A stretch of 64,000 bases of DNA, from the NCBI GenBank assembly GCA_026416665.1, contig JAOAET010000015.1:4433-68432 (forward strand), written 5' to 3'. Below the pieces are notes generated by a model. The model was not told where the DNA came from. It did no database searches and saw only the letters and a program-made list of their open reading frames with translations. Positions within the stretch are counted from its first letter, which is position 1, and each line of letters opens with the position of its first letter. Position numbers and translations under genes: made by a program. Positions 28,700 through 39,063 of this stretch are shown one piece after another. This DNA comes from Candidatus Omnitrophota bacterium. GTDB lineage: Bacteria > Omnitrophota > Gorgyraeia > Gygaellales > Profunditerraquicolaceae.

Positions 28700-28882
28700 T
28701 TAACTTACTTTTATTGCTTGGACAGGGCACTGCTGTGCAACTTTTTTCACATCATGCACTGAACAACTCTGTTGTTTTACATGTGCTATACCATCCCCCT
28801 CTACTTTAAAGACCTCTGGGCATTCCTGTTCACACAAACCACAACCTACACAGGTTGAGCTATCTACGGTTACCTTTGCCAT
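28700..28882 (-). CDS. Small 4Fe-4S ferredoxin.
   Basis: A 60-aa ORF with CVGCGLCEQECP and CSVHDVKKVAQQCP cluster motifs. Confidence 0.75.
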   Translation of the reverse strand: MAKVTVDSSTCVGCGLCEQECPEVFKVEGDGIAHVKQQSCSVHDVKKVAQQCPVQAIKVS

Positions 28883-28903
28883 AATACCACTCCTTCTTAA
28901 CTT

Positions 28904-29800
28904 TTAGGCAGCAGAAGCTGCGGGTTGTTCTTCTATACGTAACCCATAAAAAGCAATATTTGTATCCGCAATTTCCTGAATCTGTTTTATCTGCTCAGGC
29001 TTATCTAGAATGTGTTTAAACCTTCCCTGTGTTTTTAAATACTCTTCTACAGGTTTAGGAGAAATTTTTCGAACAGCGGTCAGTTTCCCGTATTCATATT
29101 CTATAAGAGGATACAAACCGGTCTCAACAGCAAGTTTACCTATCTCTATTGTCTGCTGAGGACTATACTGCCAACCTAAAGGACAAGGCACATGAATCTG
29201 AATATATTTTGGTCCTTTTATTGAACAGGCTTTTTTTACCTTTCGCTGAATATCTTGAGGAAAACCTATACTAGCTACCGCAACATAAGGAATGCCATGA
29301 GCACGGGCTATCTCAGGCATAGGTTTTTTAGGACGAAGATTTCCCCAAGACTGACTTCCTTTAGGACTGGTGGTAGTATGCGCAAGTAAAGGCGTTAAAC
29401 CACTACGTTGAATACCTGTATTCATATAAGCTTCGTTATCATAGCATACATAAAGCACATCATGGCCCCTTTCCATCATACCTGAAAGTGCCTGCAGACC
29501 GATATCTGCTGTTCCACCGTCACCGGCTTGAGCTATTACATTTATTTGTTCCTTCTTCCCTAAATATTTTAGTGCTGCCTCTACTCCTGAAGCAACTGCT
29601 GCGGCGTTTTCAAACAGTGAATGAATAAAGGGCACCTCAAAAGCAGATTCAGGATATTTGGTAGAAAAAACTTCAAGACATCCGGTGTTATTGACTACAA
29701 TAGTGTTTTTTCCTGTAGCCTCTAGAACAAGCCTTACTGCTAAGGACTGGCCGCAACCCGCACAGGCAGTATGGCCAGGGCTGTAAACTGAATTATTCAT
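28904..29800 (-). CDS. porB: 2-oxoacid:ferredoxin oxidoreductase beta subunit (TPP-binding).
   Basis: GCGQSLAV and the [12 protein letters not shown]-binding motif. It is last in a gamma-delta-alpha-beta gene order. Confidence 0.85.
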   Translation of the reverse strand: MNNSVYSPGHTACAGCGQSLAVRLVLEATGKNTIVVNNTGCLEVFSTKYPESAFEVPFIHSLFENAAAVASGVEAALKYLGKKEQINVIAQAGDGGTADIGLQALSGMMERGHDVLYVCYDNEAYMNTGIQRSGLTPLLAHTTTSPKGSQSWGNLRPKKPMPEIARAHGIPYVAVASIGFPQDIQRKVKKACSIKGPKYIQIHVPCPLGWQYSPQQTIEIGKLAVETGLYPLIEYEYGKLTAVRKISPKPVEEYLKTQGRFKHILDKPEQIKQIQEIADTNIAFYGLRIEEQPAASAA

Positions 29801-30974
29801 AGTTCTCCTTTATAAGTTCTGGTTTTAGGTCAATAAATTCATTATCTACTTCGCGTTTACTTATTATACTAAAAATCTGTTTTATGGAATCCATAGTAAT
29901 ATCACGACCACCTAAACCAAGTATAAAGCTTGAAATTGTTTTTGGTCTTTTGGTTTTGTTAAAGAAAAGAGCTCGAATCTCCGACGCAAGCGGAGCAAAG
30001 GAACCTAAAGAAAGAGAACGGTCTATTACTGCTACCTTGGGAACATTTTTCAATGCTTCATAAACTGCCTGAGCAGGAAAAGGACGAAAACAGGTTATTT
30101 TTAATAATCCAACTTTTTTACCTTTTTGCCGCATCTGATCTATTACATCTTTTATTGTCCCGCAAACAGACCCCATTGCTACAATAACTTTTTCTGCACC
30201 TTTTAATTGATATCCTTCAACTAACCCATCATAGCTTCTCCCAAATATCTTGGCAAACTCCATTGTTAATTTTGGTAAAAGCTTTAAAACTTTTTTGTGT
30301 GTCTGATGAATAGCATAACGTGTTTCCATATAATAGTCAGGGTCAGCCAAAGGGCCAAGTGTAAGTGGATTATCTACATCCAATTTATAAAGGGGCTTAA
30401 ATGCAGGTAAAAATTTATCTACCTGCTCTTGACTTGGGACATCAACTATTTCTATCCCATGGGTCAAAATAAAACCGTCCATACATACCATTACTGGAAG
30501 CATAATGGATTTATCCTCTGCCAAGCGATATGCCAAAATATGAAAATCCATTGCCTCTTGGTTATTTTCTACATAAAGTTGGACCCAACCTGAATCGCGT
30601 AACGAAATAGTGTCTTGATGGTCATTCCAAATATTAATCGGAGCAGACACTGCCCGATTTGCATCAGTAAGAACTAATGGTAGACGTAAACCCGCAATAT
30701 TGAAGATTACCTCCCCCATTAAAAGTAATCCTTGGGAACTGGTAGCAGTATAAGAACGAACACCTGTAGCCTCAGCTCCTAAAACTACCGAAGCAGCCGA
30801 ATGTTCTGACTCTACATTAACAAACTCTGCTTTAAGATGCCCATCGGCTATCATCTGAGCTAATTCTTCAACAATATGTGTCTGAGGAGTAATAGGATAG
30901 GCAGAGATTACTCCTGGGCGACAAAGCGCTACTGACTTTGCAACTGTCATTGAACCTTCTAGAAATTCTTTCAT
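29793..30974 (-). CDS. porA: 2-oxoacid:ferredoxin oxidoreductase alpha subunit.
   Basis: A 393-aa POR/VOR alpha-type domain, sitting between the delta and beta subunit ORFs. Confidence 0.8.
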   Translation of the reverse strand: MKEFLEGSMTVAKSVALCRPGVISAYPITPQTHIVEELAQMIADGHLKAEFVNVESEHSAASVVLGAEATGVRSYTATSSQGLLLMGEVIFNIAGLRLPLVLTDANRAVSAPINIWNDHQDTISLRDSGWVQLYVENNQEAMDFHILAYRLAEDKSIMLPVMVCMDGFILTHGIEIVDVPSQEQVDKFLPAFKPLYKLDVDNPLTLGPLADPDYYMETRYAIHQTHKKVLKLLPKLTMEFAKIFGRSYDGLVEGYQLKGAEKVIVAMGSVCGTIKDVIDQMRQKGKKVGLLKITCFRPFPAQAVYEALKNVPKVAVIDRSLSLGSFAPLASEIRALFFNKTKRPKTISSFILGLGGRDITMDSIKQIFSIISKREVDNEFIDLKPELIKENYE

Positions 30975-31000
30975 CTTTTCCTCTTTTTTGCTACTTATAT

Positions 31001-31264
31001 CTACTTAGATTTATCTTCTTTAACCATTTCAATTTCTTTCTTGGGACATATCATCGCACACATACCACAACCTTTACAATAAGACAAATCAACTTCAAAA
31101 ACATTTTTGGCAGTCTCTTTAACACAATTTTCTGGACAAACTAAAACACAAAGCTTACACCCCAAACAGTTTTTCTTCAGAAAATTAGGTTTAGATTCTA
31201 TCCTCCAAGAACCTGTCTTGTTCTTACGACTTGAACCTGGTTTTGAAACAAGTGGACCAAACAT
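31001..31264 (-). CDS. porD: 2-oxoacid:ferredoxin oxidoreductase delta subunit (2x[4Fe-4S] ferredoxin).
   Basis: CLGCKLCVLVCPENC and CKGCGMCAMICP motifs. Confidence 0.8.
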   Translation of the reverse strand: MFGPLVSKPGSSRKNKTGSWRIESKPNFLKKNCLGCKLCVLVCPENCVKETAKNVFEVDLSYCKGCGMCAMICPKKEIEMVKEDKSK

Positions 31265-31289
31265 ATTGTTTTCCCTTTTTACAAAATTC

Positions 31290-31841
31290 TTATCGCATTA
31301 AGTTTTTCACAAACTCATAACCTTCCTTAATGGAAGCGATGTTTCCCTCTAAGGCCTTTCCACTAAAACGTTGCTTAACCGCTTCAACCAATGCCTCAAC
31401 ATCTAACTCGCCTGTTGCTGCAGAAAATGCACCTAAGAGAGCAGTATTTCCTAAGGGTCTGCCTATATTCTTTGCAGCAATATCGTTTGCGGGGACAATA
31501 ATTACCTTTTGCTTTGCTTTAACCTTTGGAATGTCAATGCCTTCTCGTTTGTTCACAATAGCTATACCATTTTCCTTTAAACCCGCAAAACAATTAAAAC
31601 CCCTTAATAAAGTAGAATCCACAATAATAATGTAATCTGGTTCATAAATCTGGCTACGTAGACGCACTGGTTTATCATCAACTCGGACAAAGGCATTCAT
31701 CGGTGCACCCATACGGGCAGCTCCAAAATGGGGAAAGGCATAGGCAAATTTACCTTTAGAAAAATATGCGTAACCTAGAATAGAAGCAGTGGTAATTGCC
31801 CCTTGTCCTGCCCGGGCATGTATTCTGATTTCTTTCATCAA
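31290..31841 (-). CDS. porG: 2-oxoacid:ferredoxin oxidoreductase gamma subunit.
   Basis: MMKEIRIHARAGQGAITTASILGYA matches the typical POR gamma N-terminus. Confidence 0.8.
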   Translation of the reverse strand: MMKEIRIHARAGQGAITTASILGYAYFSKGKFAYAFPHFGAARMGAPMNAFVRVDDKPVRLRSQIYEPDYIIIVDSTLLRGFNCFAGLKENGIAIVNKREGIDIPKVKAKQKVIIVPANDIAAKNIGRPLGNTALLGAFSAATGELDVEALVEAVKQRFSGKALEGNIASIKEGYEFVKNLMR

Positions 31842-31950
31842 TAACTCCTTGCTCTTCTGGTAAGTTACTAAGAAAAAACAGACCTATTTTAATACTCAAC
31901 TTTTGTGTTGTCAATCAATATTTATTTTTTTATAGAGTGATAGTGGCAAA

Positions 31951-32982
31951 TTAAGGAGAAGAAGATAATTTCGAAGTTATCTTTTGCAGAACAGTAAAAA
32001 CTCTTTCTGCCTCAGTCTCGGACAAACCTCCACAACCACAGCTAGGGCTAACCATCAGTTGGTCAAACAACATTTGCCTACTGATACCTTTCTTAACCAA
32101 AGCATTTAAAGCTTCCTCTAAATGCGGATATAATGATTCTACAGACAAACCCTCACTAAATGACGTTGTCGGAACAATACCCCAACACAGAATGCCACCT
32201 CTTCTTAAGAAAGAATTTATATTTTCAGCGTATAAAACCAACTTATCCCAAAACCCATAAGCATCAAAACTAATTAGTCCTATACTTTCTATTTCCGTAA
32301 ATAATGACCAATCGGTATTACCACAACAATGAACCCCCACAGTTACTGACTCAGAAATAATATCTTTAGCCAATTCTGCCAAGGTAGTAACAACCTGTTC
32401 TCTATTAAGGGGAGTGAAAGCTGAGCCGAAGGAAGTAAGATATGGCTCGTCAACAAATACAATTATCGGCTTATTAAATTTACTAAAGTACTTAATCTGC
32501 CACTGTGCTTTCATTACCAAAGATTTTACTATCACTTCTTTAAATACCTCATCATGCAAAATGGCTGTTCCTTCAGAATTATTAATACTTGCTGCCACTG
32601 TAAATGGGCCGGTAATTTGGCATTTTATACCTAAAATCCCCTCTGTGCCTTGCTCTTCCAGGGCCTTGTAAAGTGCGTATATACCTTGGGCATAGTCAGC
32701 ACTAATAGCAAACTTCTGGATTTGGCCAGCAATAATCCGACTATAAAATATCTCTAATTCTCGCTCTCTATCACGTTCATCAAAAAATATTCCGTCGGCA
32801 GTAACACGCACACAAGGCATGCCTTCTGTAAACTGAGTAACCATGCCTTCTCTTATATCCCGTTTAGGAAGCTGCGGCCAAAAAGGCACCTTGGGCACAT
32901 AACGTAATACAAAATTTACTGCCCTGGTAGCATCAGTAAAAGGAAGACTTCCTATACCTGTAGCACACCCTTGAAACTGCAT
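31951..32982 (-). CDS. MetE-like (cobalamin-independent methionine synthase catalytic-domain family) protein.
   Basis: N-terminal GIGSLPF, VHCCGN and SPSCGCGG (an H-x-C...C-G zinc-ligand pattern like MetE/UroD-fold methyltransferases). At 343 aa it resembles the short archaeal-type MetE. Confidence 0.5.
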   Translation of the reverse strand: MQFQGCATGIGSLPFTDATRAVNFVLRYVPKVPFWPQLPKRDIREGMVTQFTEGMPCVRVTADGIFFDERDRERELEIFYSRIIAGQIQKFAISADYAQGIYALYKALEEQGTEGILGIKCQITGPFTVAASINNSEGTAILHDEVFKEVIVKSLVMKAQWQIKYFSKFNKPIIVFVDEPYLTSFGSAFTPLNREQVVTTLAELAKDIISESVTVGVHCCGNTDWSLFTEIESIGLISFDAYGFWDKLVLYAENINSFLRRGGILCWGIVPTTSFSEGLSVESLYPHLEEALNALVKKGISRQMLFDQLMVSPSCGCGGLSETEAERVFTVLQKITSKLSSSP

Positions 32983-33053
32983 AATTTAAAAATAATTAAT
33001 ATTGATTTCTTACTAAACTACTTTATCGAAAACTATATGGCGGTGCTAAACTT

Positions 33054-33431
33054 TTAAATAGTCACTTCTTTTATTCTATACTGAAAGGCCTGTTCGAAAT
33101 TAAAGGCTTCTTTGAAATCCTCTAAAGTATCTTCCTCGTTTTTAGAAAGAATTTTTTTCTTAACCATATTGAATACAATGTTCCCAAAATCAAGGCTACT
33201 TGAAATACCCCAGTGTTTTAATACTGTCTTTGCCATTGGACCGTACTCTTTCAAAGCAAGCTCTCTTATTCCTTCTAGAAGTATCTTTGCACTTACATGG
33301 CCGGCTATCTTAAATTTGTGTTGTGTATACTCTAATGCTGCTAATACAAATTCATAGCTATCCGGTCTATAACGCGGATCTTCTTCGTAAATTTCTTCAA
33401 CTAGGTCATAAAAATTTTTTCTTGATGACAT
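33054..33431 (-). CDS. Hypothetical protein.
   Basis: A 125-aa ORF with no motif I recognise. The reading frame is clean and it packs tightly against ybaB. Confidence 0.4.
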   Translation of the reverse strand: MSSRKNFYDLVEEIYEEDPRYRPDSYEFVLAALEYTQHKFKIAGHVSAKILLEGIRELALKEYGPMAKTVLKHWGISSSLDFGNIVFNMVKKKILSKNEEDTLEDFKEAFNFEQAFQYRIKEVTI

Positions 33432-33438
33432 ATTATTT

Positions 33439-33735
33439 TCAAAAACTTGTTGGTAAGTTAATCCCAGTTATTTCTTTTACCTTTTGTGCCGCCAACTGCT
33501 GAGTTTGATTAATTGCTCGTTCCAAAGCATCGCGAAGTTCCCGCTCTAAACTTTCCACAGTAATTTCTGTTAATGGCCTATTAATCCGTATTCCCGTAAG
33601 TTTCTGAGCACCATTCATAGTCAGAGATACAAGACTATCTTTGCTTTGTACAGTAATGATAGTGTTCTCTAACGTCTCTTTAACTGTCTTAATTTTTTTT
33701 TGCATTTCCATAATATTTTTTAATTGCTCAAACAT
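33439..33735 (-). CDS. ybaB: Nucleoid-associated protein YbaB/EbfC.
   Basis: MFEQLKNIMEMQKKIKTVKETLENTIITVQSKDSLVSLTMNGAQKLTGIRI matches the YbaB/DUF149 signature. Confidence 0.85.
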   Translation of the reverse strand: MFEQLKNIMEMQKKIKTVKETLENTIITVQSKDSLVSLTMNGAQKLTGIRINRPLTEITVESLERELRDALERAINQTQQLAAQKVKEITGINLPTSF

Positions 33736-33745
33736 ACTAACTCCT

Positions 33746-34372
33746 TTAAAAACCTAAGTCTTCTGCTACCATTAATACAGTTAATCTTCCCTCTGTTACT
33801 TCCGCTTCTACCACCAATAACTGACAACACATCCTCTTGTATTGTGGAGCAATACACTTATAGTTATCACAAGCACCCGTATGAAAACAAGGTGTATCCC
33901 ATTTAAGTCGTTTACAATTTAGCGGGGTAACATAATTACGTGCACGCTCTATGGCCTTTTCAAGAGTAGGGACAATTTTATTCAATCCACATATTACAAT
34001 AGTATGCGGCGCATCTGCAATGCCAGCAATACGGTGACCGAAGGCACTTAAAAAAACTAATTCTCCTGTCTCAGCAATGGCGTTGGCGCTGGTAAGAAAA
34101 AAATCTGCCTGCGCACCAAGTCTGCGCATCCGCATACTTTCCTCACGACTTAAAGAAGGGTCGTACTGATTGAATACTTTATTGCCTCTTGTCTCTAACA
34201 TCTCAATTATCTCCAACTCATCTAGTGTCTTTGAACCACTAAAACCAACGGTTGCTTCCTCAGGAATAATATCTAATAGAATACGATGGACATCGTCTCT
34301 GTTTTTGCAGAGTATACCTTCAATATTGCGTGCCTTCCATTTCCTAATTAATTCGCTGGCTTTTTCCTGCAT
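33746..34372 (-). CDS. LUD-domain (LutC/YkgG-like, DUF162) protein with a C-terminal cysteine cluster.
   Basis: Length and pattern (GFSGSKTLDELEI...FLTSANAIAETGELV) fit the LUD family. The C-terminus carries C..C.....C....C..CC. Confidence 0.5.
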   Translation of the reverse strand: MQEKASELIRKWKARNIEGILCKNRDDVHRILLDIIPEEATVGFSGSKTLDELEIIEMLETRGNKVFNQYDPSLSREESMRMRRLGAQADFFLTSANAIAETGELVFLSAFGHRIAGIADAPHTIVICGLNKIVPTLEKAIERARNYVTPLNCKRLKWDTPCFHTGACDNYKCIAPQYKRMCCQLLVVEAEVTEGRLTVLMVAEDLGF

Positions 34373-34914
34373 TTGAGTAATCTGTTAATAAGCTGGTTAG
34401 TGGAGATAAACTTTATACCTTTTTTGCGTAACATAGCCAAAGTCTTCTCCTTGCCTTCTTCTGAAACTGCCTTTGTTGCATTTATTACTAAATAGGTCTG
34501 TTTCCTCCGTTTTAATAATCCTAAACAAGCTGCTTTAACACAAAAATCTAATGCTACACCATAAACATAAGCAACATCAAATGGCTTTAAAACCTTATCT
34601 GCTTTAGGATTGGAGAACATATCAAAAGTAGTTTTAGCAATTATAATCTGTTTAGTTCGTTTTGCTATGGTAGCGGATATTTTTTTCTGACCTGCAGTTG
34701 CCTTTACACAATGTCTGGGAAACAATTTAAATTCTGGGTCATTCTTTCTGTGAGTATCCACTGAAGAAACTATGGGTATTTCAAGAGAGTCTGCTACAGC
34801 GGTTAATTTTTTAAGATGACTAATTATTTTTTCTGCCCCTTTTACGTAAAGGGCACCTGATGGGTTCATAAAATCAAACTGGGTATCCACATCAACAAAA
34901 ACAATTCGTTTCAT
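34348..34914 (-). CDS. pncA: Nicotinamidase / isochorismatase-family hydrolase.
   Basis: MKRIVFVDVDTQFDF and a cysteine-containing VYGVALDFCVKAA motif typical of isochorismatase-like hydrolases. It lies immediately downstream of pncB. Confidence 0.7.
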   Translation of the reverse strand: MKRIVFVDVDTQFDFMNPSGALYVKGAEKIISHLKKLTAVADSLEIPIVSSVDTHRKNDPEFKLFPRHCVKATAGQKKISATIAKRTKQIIIAKTTFDMFSNPKADKVLKPFDVAYVYGVALDFCVKAACLGLLKRRKQTYLVINATKAVSEEGKEKTLAMLRKKGIKFISTNQLINRLLKCRKKPAN

Positions 34915-36281
34915 TTTATTCCCCTTGCTAGATCCCTTGCGGTTTTTTTAGCTAATTTTTCTAATTTATCAGTTGGTTCTACCACAAAGTTAGTAGGATA
35001 GGTTTTTGTTATTTCTTTTAGCTCACTAGGTAAACTGGCTATTTGTGCCTTGGCGTATTGGCAAATCTCTGTTAAGGGTGGTAATGAATAAATACAATGG
35101 CCACGTTCAATAACTTTACGTAAAAGCACAGTACCTTTCTGTCTTTCAGACTCAAGGGCAAGTACATCTTTTTTTATTATACCTTTTTTATCAAATAAAC
35201 GGAAAATCTGTTTTCTACCGGGTAAAGTAACTTTTGCTGAACTTAGTTTCATAGTAGGAAGGAACTCACCATTTTCTTGTGAGACCTCAACTAATTTATA
35301 GATTGCATCCAAGGCAGGGGCATCAAAACTTGTCCCAAGGTGTGTACCAACACCAAAACTATCAACACAGGCACCTTTTTTTAATAATTTTTGTATTGCA
35401 TATTCATCAAGATTGCCACTGGCGACAATACGTAGTTCTGGAAGTCCGTGTTTATTAAAGAGTGTTCGTGCATATTTTGACAGAGAAATAATATCTCCGC
35501 TATCTAAACGAATACCATTTAGCCTTTGACCATTTTTCTGCATCAATAGTGCAATCTTTAGGGCATTTTTTATACCCTGCTTGGCATCATAGGTATCTAC
35601 CAAAAGAACAGAATTCTTTGGAAATAACTGGGTATATACCTTAAAACTTTCTAGTTCATCTGCAAAAGCCATCACAAAGGAGTGTGCCATAGTTCCTATA
35701 ACAGGAATCCCAAGCTCTTTTGCTGCTAAAACATTAGAGGTTCCCTGACAACCCCCTAGATAAGCTGCCCTTGCTACGTAAAAACCTGCAGTAGGACCGT
35801 GAGTTCGCCTAAGAGAGAAATCATATACAGGTCGTCCTTCTGCTGCAAGAACAACTCTGGCGGCCTTAGAGGCAACCATAGTTTGCAAATTAATGGTTGA
35901 GAGTAAGAAACTTTCTATTAATTGTGCCTCTATAATCGGAGCACTAACGCGTAATACTGGTTCGCCAGCAAAAAACACTGTGCCCTCAGGCATCGCCCAA
36001 ACATCACCACTAAATCGCATTTTGGCAAGATAGTCTAAGAAGCCATCTTCAAAAATTCCTTTTTGACGTAAATACGCTATTTCCTCGGGTTTAAATTGCA
36101 AATTTGTCAAGAAATCAATAACCTCTTCCAACCCGCTAAAAATAAGGAATGACCTTTGACGGGGTAATTGCCGAACAAATAGTTCAAATGTAGCTACTGC
36201 GTTAGGTTTATAGCGCCAATAACACTGCGCCATTGTTAATTCGTAAAAATCAGTTGTTAATGCAGAAAAATTTTTTTCCAT
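34911..36281 (-). CDS. pncB: Nicotinate phosphoribosyltransferase.
   Basis: ALTTDFYELTMAQCYW and a GTMAHSFVMAF motif, at 456 aa. Confidence 0.85.
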   Translation of the reverse strand: MEKNFSALTTDFYELTMAQCYWRYKPNAVATFELFVRQLPRQRSFLIFSGLEEVIDFLTNLQFKPEEIAYLRQKGIFEDGFLDYLAKMRFSGDVWAMPEGTVFFAGEPVLRVSAPIIEAQLIESFLLSTINLQTMVASKAARVVLAAEGRPVYDFSLRRTHGPTAGFYVARAAYLGGCQGTSNVLAAKELGIPVIGTMAHSFVMAFADELESFKVYTQLFPKNSVLLVDTYDAKQGIKNALKIALLMQKNGQRLNGIRLDSGDIISLSKYARTLFNKHGLPELRIVASGNLDEYAIQKLLKKGACVDSFGVGTHLGTSFDAPALDAIYKLVEVSQENGEFLPTMKLSSAKVTLPGRKQIFRLFDKKGIIKKDVLALESERQKGTVLLRKVIERGHCIYSLPPLTEICQYAKAQIASLPSELKEITKTYPTNFVVEPTDKLEKLAKKTARDLARGIK

Positions 36282-36284
36282 TGC

Positions 36285-36773
36285 TTAATTTTTAGTTACA
36301 TCGTTAATCAACTGCTTTAATTCTTCCTGTGGAAACCTAGTAGAGCGGTAACGTATCTGAGCATCTTTATCAATTAAAATATACATAGGAACACCCAATA
36401 CATCATAAAGGTCAGCAACAGTTGCCTGCTCATCTAAATAAAGTGGGAAACCCAAAGCATAATTCTGCTTCAGTCGCTGTACCCTTTGACTGGACTCTCC
36501 AACATTAATCGGTAAGATAATAATCCCTTGCTTCTCATATTCTGCAAACTCTTCATTAAGACGTTTTAGTTCTTTCAAGCAGAAAGGGCACCAACTTGTC
36601 CAGAAAAAAAGAACAGATGCTTTGGCATCTTTAAAACTAGAAAAATTGACAACCTCACCTTCTAAATTTTTTAAGGTAAATTCTTTTGAATAATAGCTCT
36701 CAGAAGCGCCCAAAGGGCTTATTAATAATAAACAGAAGAAAATAAGCAATGGAGAAACTAAATTATTTTTCAT
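36285..36773 (-). CDS. TlpA/ResA-like periplasmic thiol:disulfide oxidoreductase.
   Basis: A signal peptide followed by a FFWTSWCPFCLKE thioredoxin-like CxxC active site. The start is probably MKNNLVSPLL at 36773. Confidence 0.75.
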   Translation of the reverse strand: MKNNLVSPLLIFFCLLLISPLGASESYYSKEFTLKNLEGEVVNFSSFKDAKASVLFFWTSWCPFCLKELKRLNEEFAEYEKQGIIILPINVGESSQRVQRLKQNYALGFPLYLDEQATVADLYDVLGVPMYILIDKDAQIRYRSTRFPQEELKQLINDVTKN

Positions 36774-37444
36774 ACAAATATTCTCCTTATTGCAGAAACT
36801 ATGAAAATCAATCCAAAACCTATTAAAACCGCAGCGCATATATACTCAACATACACCATCCACTTCCCAGCTTTAGGCAGGTGTAAAACTTTCGTGCCTA
36901 ATGTTCCTGCTAAAATTAGCAATATTCCCATACCATAACCAAAGACTATTAATAAACTGGCACCATATGCAACTTTATGAGTAGTAGCTACATATAAAAG
37001 AATTGCCCACAAAGCAGGTGCCACACAAGGTGAGGCAACCAACCCTGAAACAGCACCAAAGAAAAATATGGTTAATGGTCCTTTTATTTTTATTTGGTTA
37101 CTTTTAACAACAGAAGGAAGCTTCATTTGTACTACTCTCATCATCGTTAATCCAAATAGAATAAAGACTATTCCTACTATTACCTGTGTAACTGGATGTC
37201 TACTAATTGTCCCAAACATCTTTCCACTTTGAACTGCCATAAGACCAAGAACAGCATACATTGAAGCTATACCTGATACATAAATAAAACTATAGAGCAA
37301 TCCTCTAAGATGCGAACCTTGTGCATTAATCCCGATATAGCTAATGGTAATAGGAATTAACGGATATACACAGGGAGTAAAACTTAAACCTACTCCTCCC
37401 AAAAAAGCTATAATAAAATCTGGCCAGTTACCGGAGAGATTCAT
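36770..37444 (-). CDS. ccdA: Cytochrome c-type biogenesis / thiol-disulfide transporter CcdA (DsbD transmembrane domain).
   Basis: A polytopic membrane protein with two conserved Cys (SFTPCVYPLIP and LVASPCVAPALW), typical of CcdA/DsbD-beta. Confidence 0.8.
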   Translation of the reverse strand: MNLSGNWPDFIIAFLGGVGLSFTPCVYPLIPITISYIGINAQGSHLRGLLYSFIYVSGIASMYAVLGLMAVQSGKMFGTISRHPVTQVIVGIVFILFGLTMMRVVQMKLPSVVKSNQIKIKGPLTIFFFGAVSGLVASPCVAPALWAILLYVATTHKVAYGASLLIVFGYGMGILLILAGTLGTKVLHLPKAGKWMVYVEYICAAVLIGFGLIFIVSAIRRIFV

Positions 37445-37739
37445 CTAGCCAATTTAAGTAATCTTTATTACCAGCGATTATAGGAAGCGCAATGATTTCA
37501 GGTACAGAATAACTATGTAACAACCGAACCGTCTTTATAAGCGAATTCAATTTTTCTTTCTTGGTTTTAATCACCAAAAGAAGCTCTTTAGCTTTATCTA
37601 TTTTCCCTTGCCACCAAAAAAACGAGTCTATTTTGTCAATAATATTAACACAAGCAGCAAGTTTTTTCTCTACAATATGCTGAGCAATCTGCTGTGCCTG
37701 CGCACGTTTTGGTACAGTTATAAAAACCACAATTTTCAT
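37428..37739 (-). CDS. cutA: Divalent-cation tolerance protein CutA.
   Basis: A 103-aa ORF with IVVFITVPKRAQAQQIAQHIVEKKLAACVNI...SYSVPEIIALPI. Confidence 0.8.
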   Translation of the reverse strand: MKIVVFITVPKRAQAQQIAQHIVEKKLAACVNIIDKIDSFFWWQGKIDKAKELLLVIKTKKEKLNSLIKTVRLLHSYSVPEIIALPIIAGNKDYLNWLDESLR

Positions 37740-37744
37740 GGCCT

Positions 37745-38218
37745 TTAAAATAGTCTTTTCACCAGATTAGCTATACGAACACCATAACGTTGACATTCTT
37801 TTAATACCCTTGCATCTGGGGCCCCGATAGCTACTGGGCCATAATGGTCACCCTGATAATCACCCTGAATTATCATACCATGAATAAGCATGGCATTCAA
37901 GATATCTAAAATCGTAGTCTCATTTCCACCACCAATATTTGCACTTGAAGCAAAGGCACCGCCTACCTTGCCATCTAATTTTCCGTGAAAACGAACTGAT
38001 TCGTCAAAAAGCTTTTTTATCTGATAAGCCATTGTTCCGTAATAGGTAGGAGAACCTACTATGATTGCGTCGTAATCCAAAAGTTGTTGTGCTTTAACTT
38101 CATCTACTTCTTTTACCTCTACTTCTAAATTCTCTTTTTTGATACCTTCAGCAATTGTCTGTGCCATTTTCTTTGTATTACCAGTCTGAGAGTAGTAGAT
38201 TATTATTATTTTTGCCAT
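37745..38218 (-). CDS. Flavodoxin-like FMN-binding protein.
   Basis: MAKIIIIYYSQTGNTKKMAQ is a flavodoxin-like FMN-binding N-terminus. Confidence 0.7.
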   Translation of the reverse strand: MAKIIIIYYSQTGNTKKMAQTIAEGIKKENLEVEVKEVDEVKAQQLLDYDAIIVGSPTYYGTMAYQIKKLFDESVRFHGKLDGKVGGAFASSANIGGGNETTILDILNAMLIHGMIIQGDYQGDHYGPVAIGAPDARVLKECQRYGVRIANLVKRLF

Positions 38219-38232
38219 AACTGCCTCCTTTT

Positions 38233-39063
38233 TTATGTTATTCTCCTTACCAACTCAGGTAATATTTCTGCTGCTTGACCATTTAAGTAAAAATCACACA
38301 AATGCGAAAGTGCCGACGGCTGTTGGTTTATTTCAATAAGGGTTAATCCTCTCTCTTTAGCATATTGCGGCAACCAAGCTGCAGGGTAAACCACTAAAGA
38401 GCTGCCAACAATTAAAAAAGTTTTTGTTCTATCAATTAACTGGTATGCCTTAGATAAAGCATCCTGGGGTAAAGATTCACCGAATAAAACAATATCAATC
38501 CGAAATCTTGCTCTACAGTTTTCGCATCGGGGGCAGTAACGACTCATTATCCGCAGAATAGCTATTCTTGAATTTTGCTTTTGCTCAAAAAGTTTCATCA
38601 TCTCAGCTATACGCTGTTTCTCTAAGACAACAGTTTTTTTACAACCCTGGCAACGAATACGAAAGGCATTTCCGTGTAATTCAATTACTGAACGCGTACC
38701 TGCTTCTTGATGAAGATTATCAATATTTTGAGTAACTACTGCTTCCAGTAATCCTTCTTTCTCTAAAATGGTTAAAGCAAGATGGCCCGCATTGGGTTTA
38801 GCATTCAACAAAACAGAATAAAAATCTTTGACAAACTCCACCATTTTTTTTGAGCTCTGGCGAAATAGACTTACTAATCCTTCAAAGTTACCGAACTTTT
38901 GCGGGTCATATTTTTGCCATAAGCCATTCTGTCCTCTAAAAGCAGGTATACCAGATTCGCAGGATATACCTGCTCCTGTTAAACATACAACTTCTCCTTT
39001 AGCTAAAATCTTAGCTACAGAGAAGAACAAATCACTATCTGGTTTATTATTTTGTTTAAACAT
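38233..39063 (-). CDS. cobB: NAD-dependent protein deacylase (Sir2/CobB family).
   Basis: GAGISCESGIPAFRG, QNIDNLH, and zinc Cys pairs in CQGCKK and CPRCENC. Confidence 0.85.
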   Translation of the reverse strand: MFKQNNKPDSDLFFSVAKILAKGEVVCLTGAGISCESGIPAFRGQNGLWQKYDPQKFGNFEGLVSLFRQSSKKMVEFVKDFYSVLLNAKPNAGHLALTILEKEGLLEAVVTQNIDNLHQEAGTRSVIELHGNAFRIRCQGCKKTVVLEKQRIAEMMKLFEQKQNSRIAILRIMSRYCPRCENCRARFRIDIVLFGESLPQDALSKAYQLIDRTKTFLIVGSSLVVYPAAWLPQYAKERGLTLIEINQQPSALSHLCDFYLNGQAAEILPELVRRIT

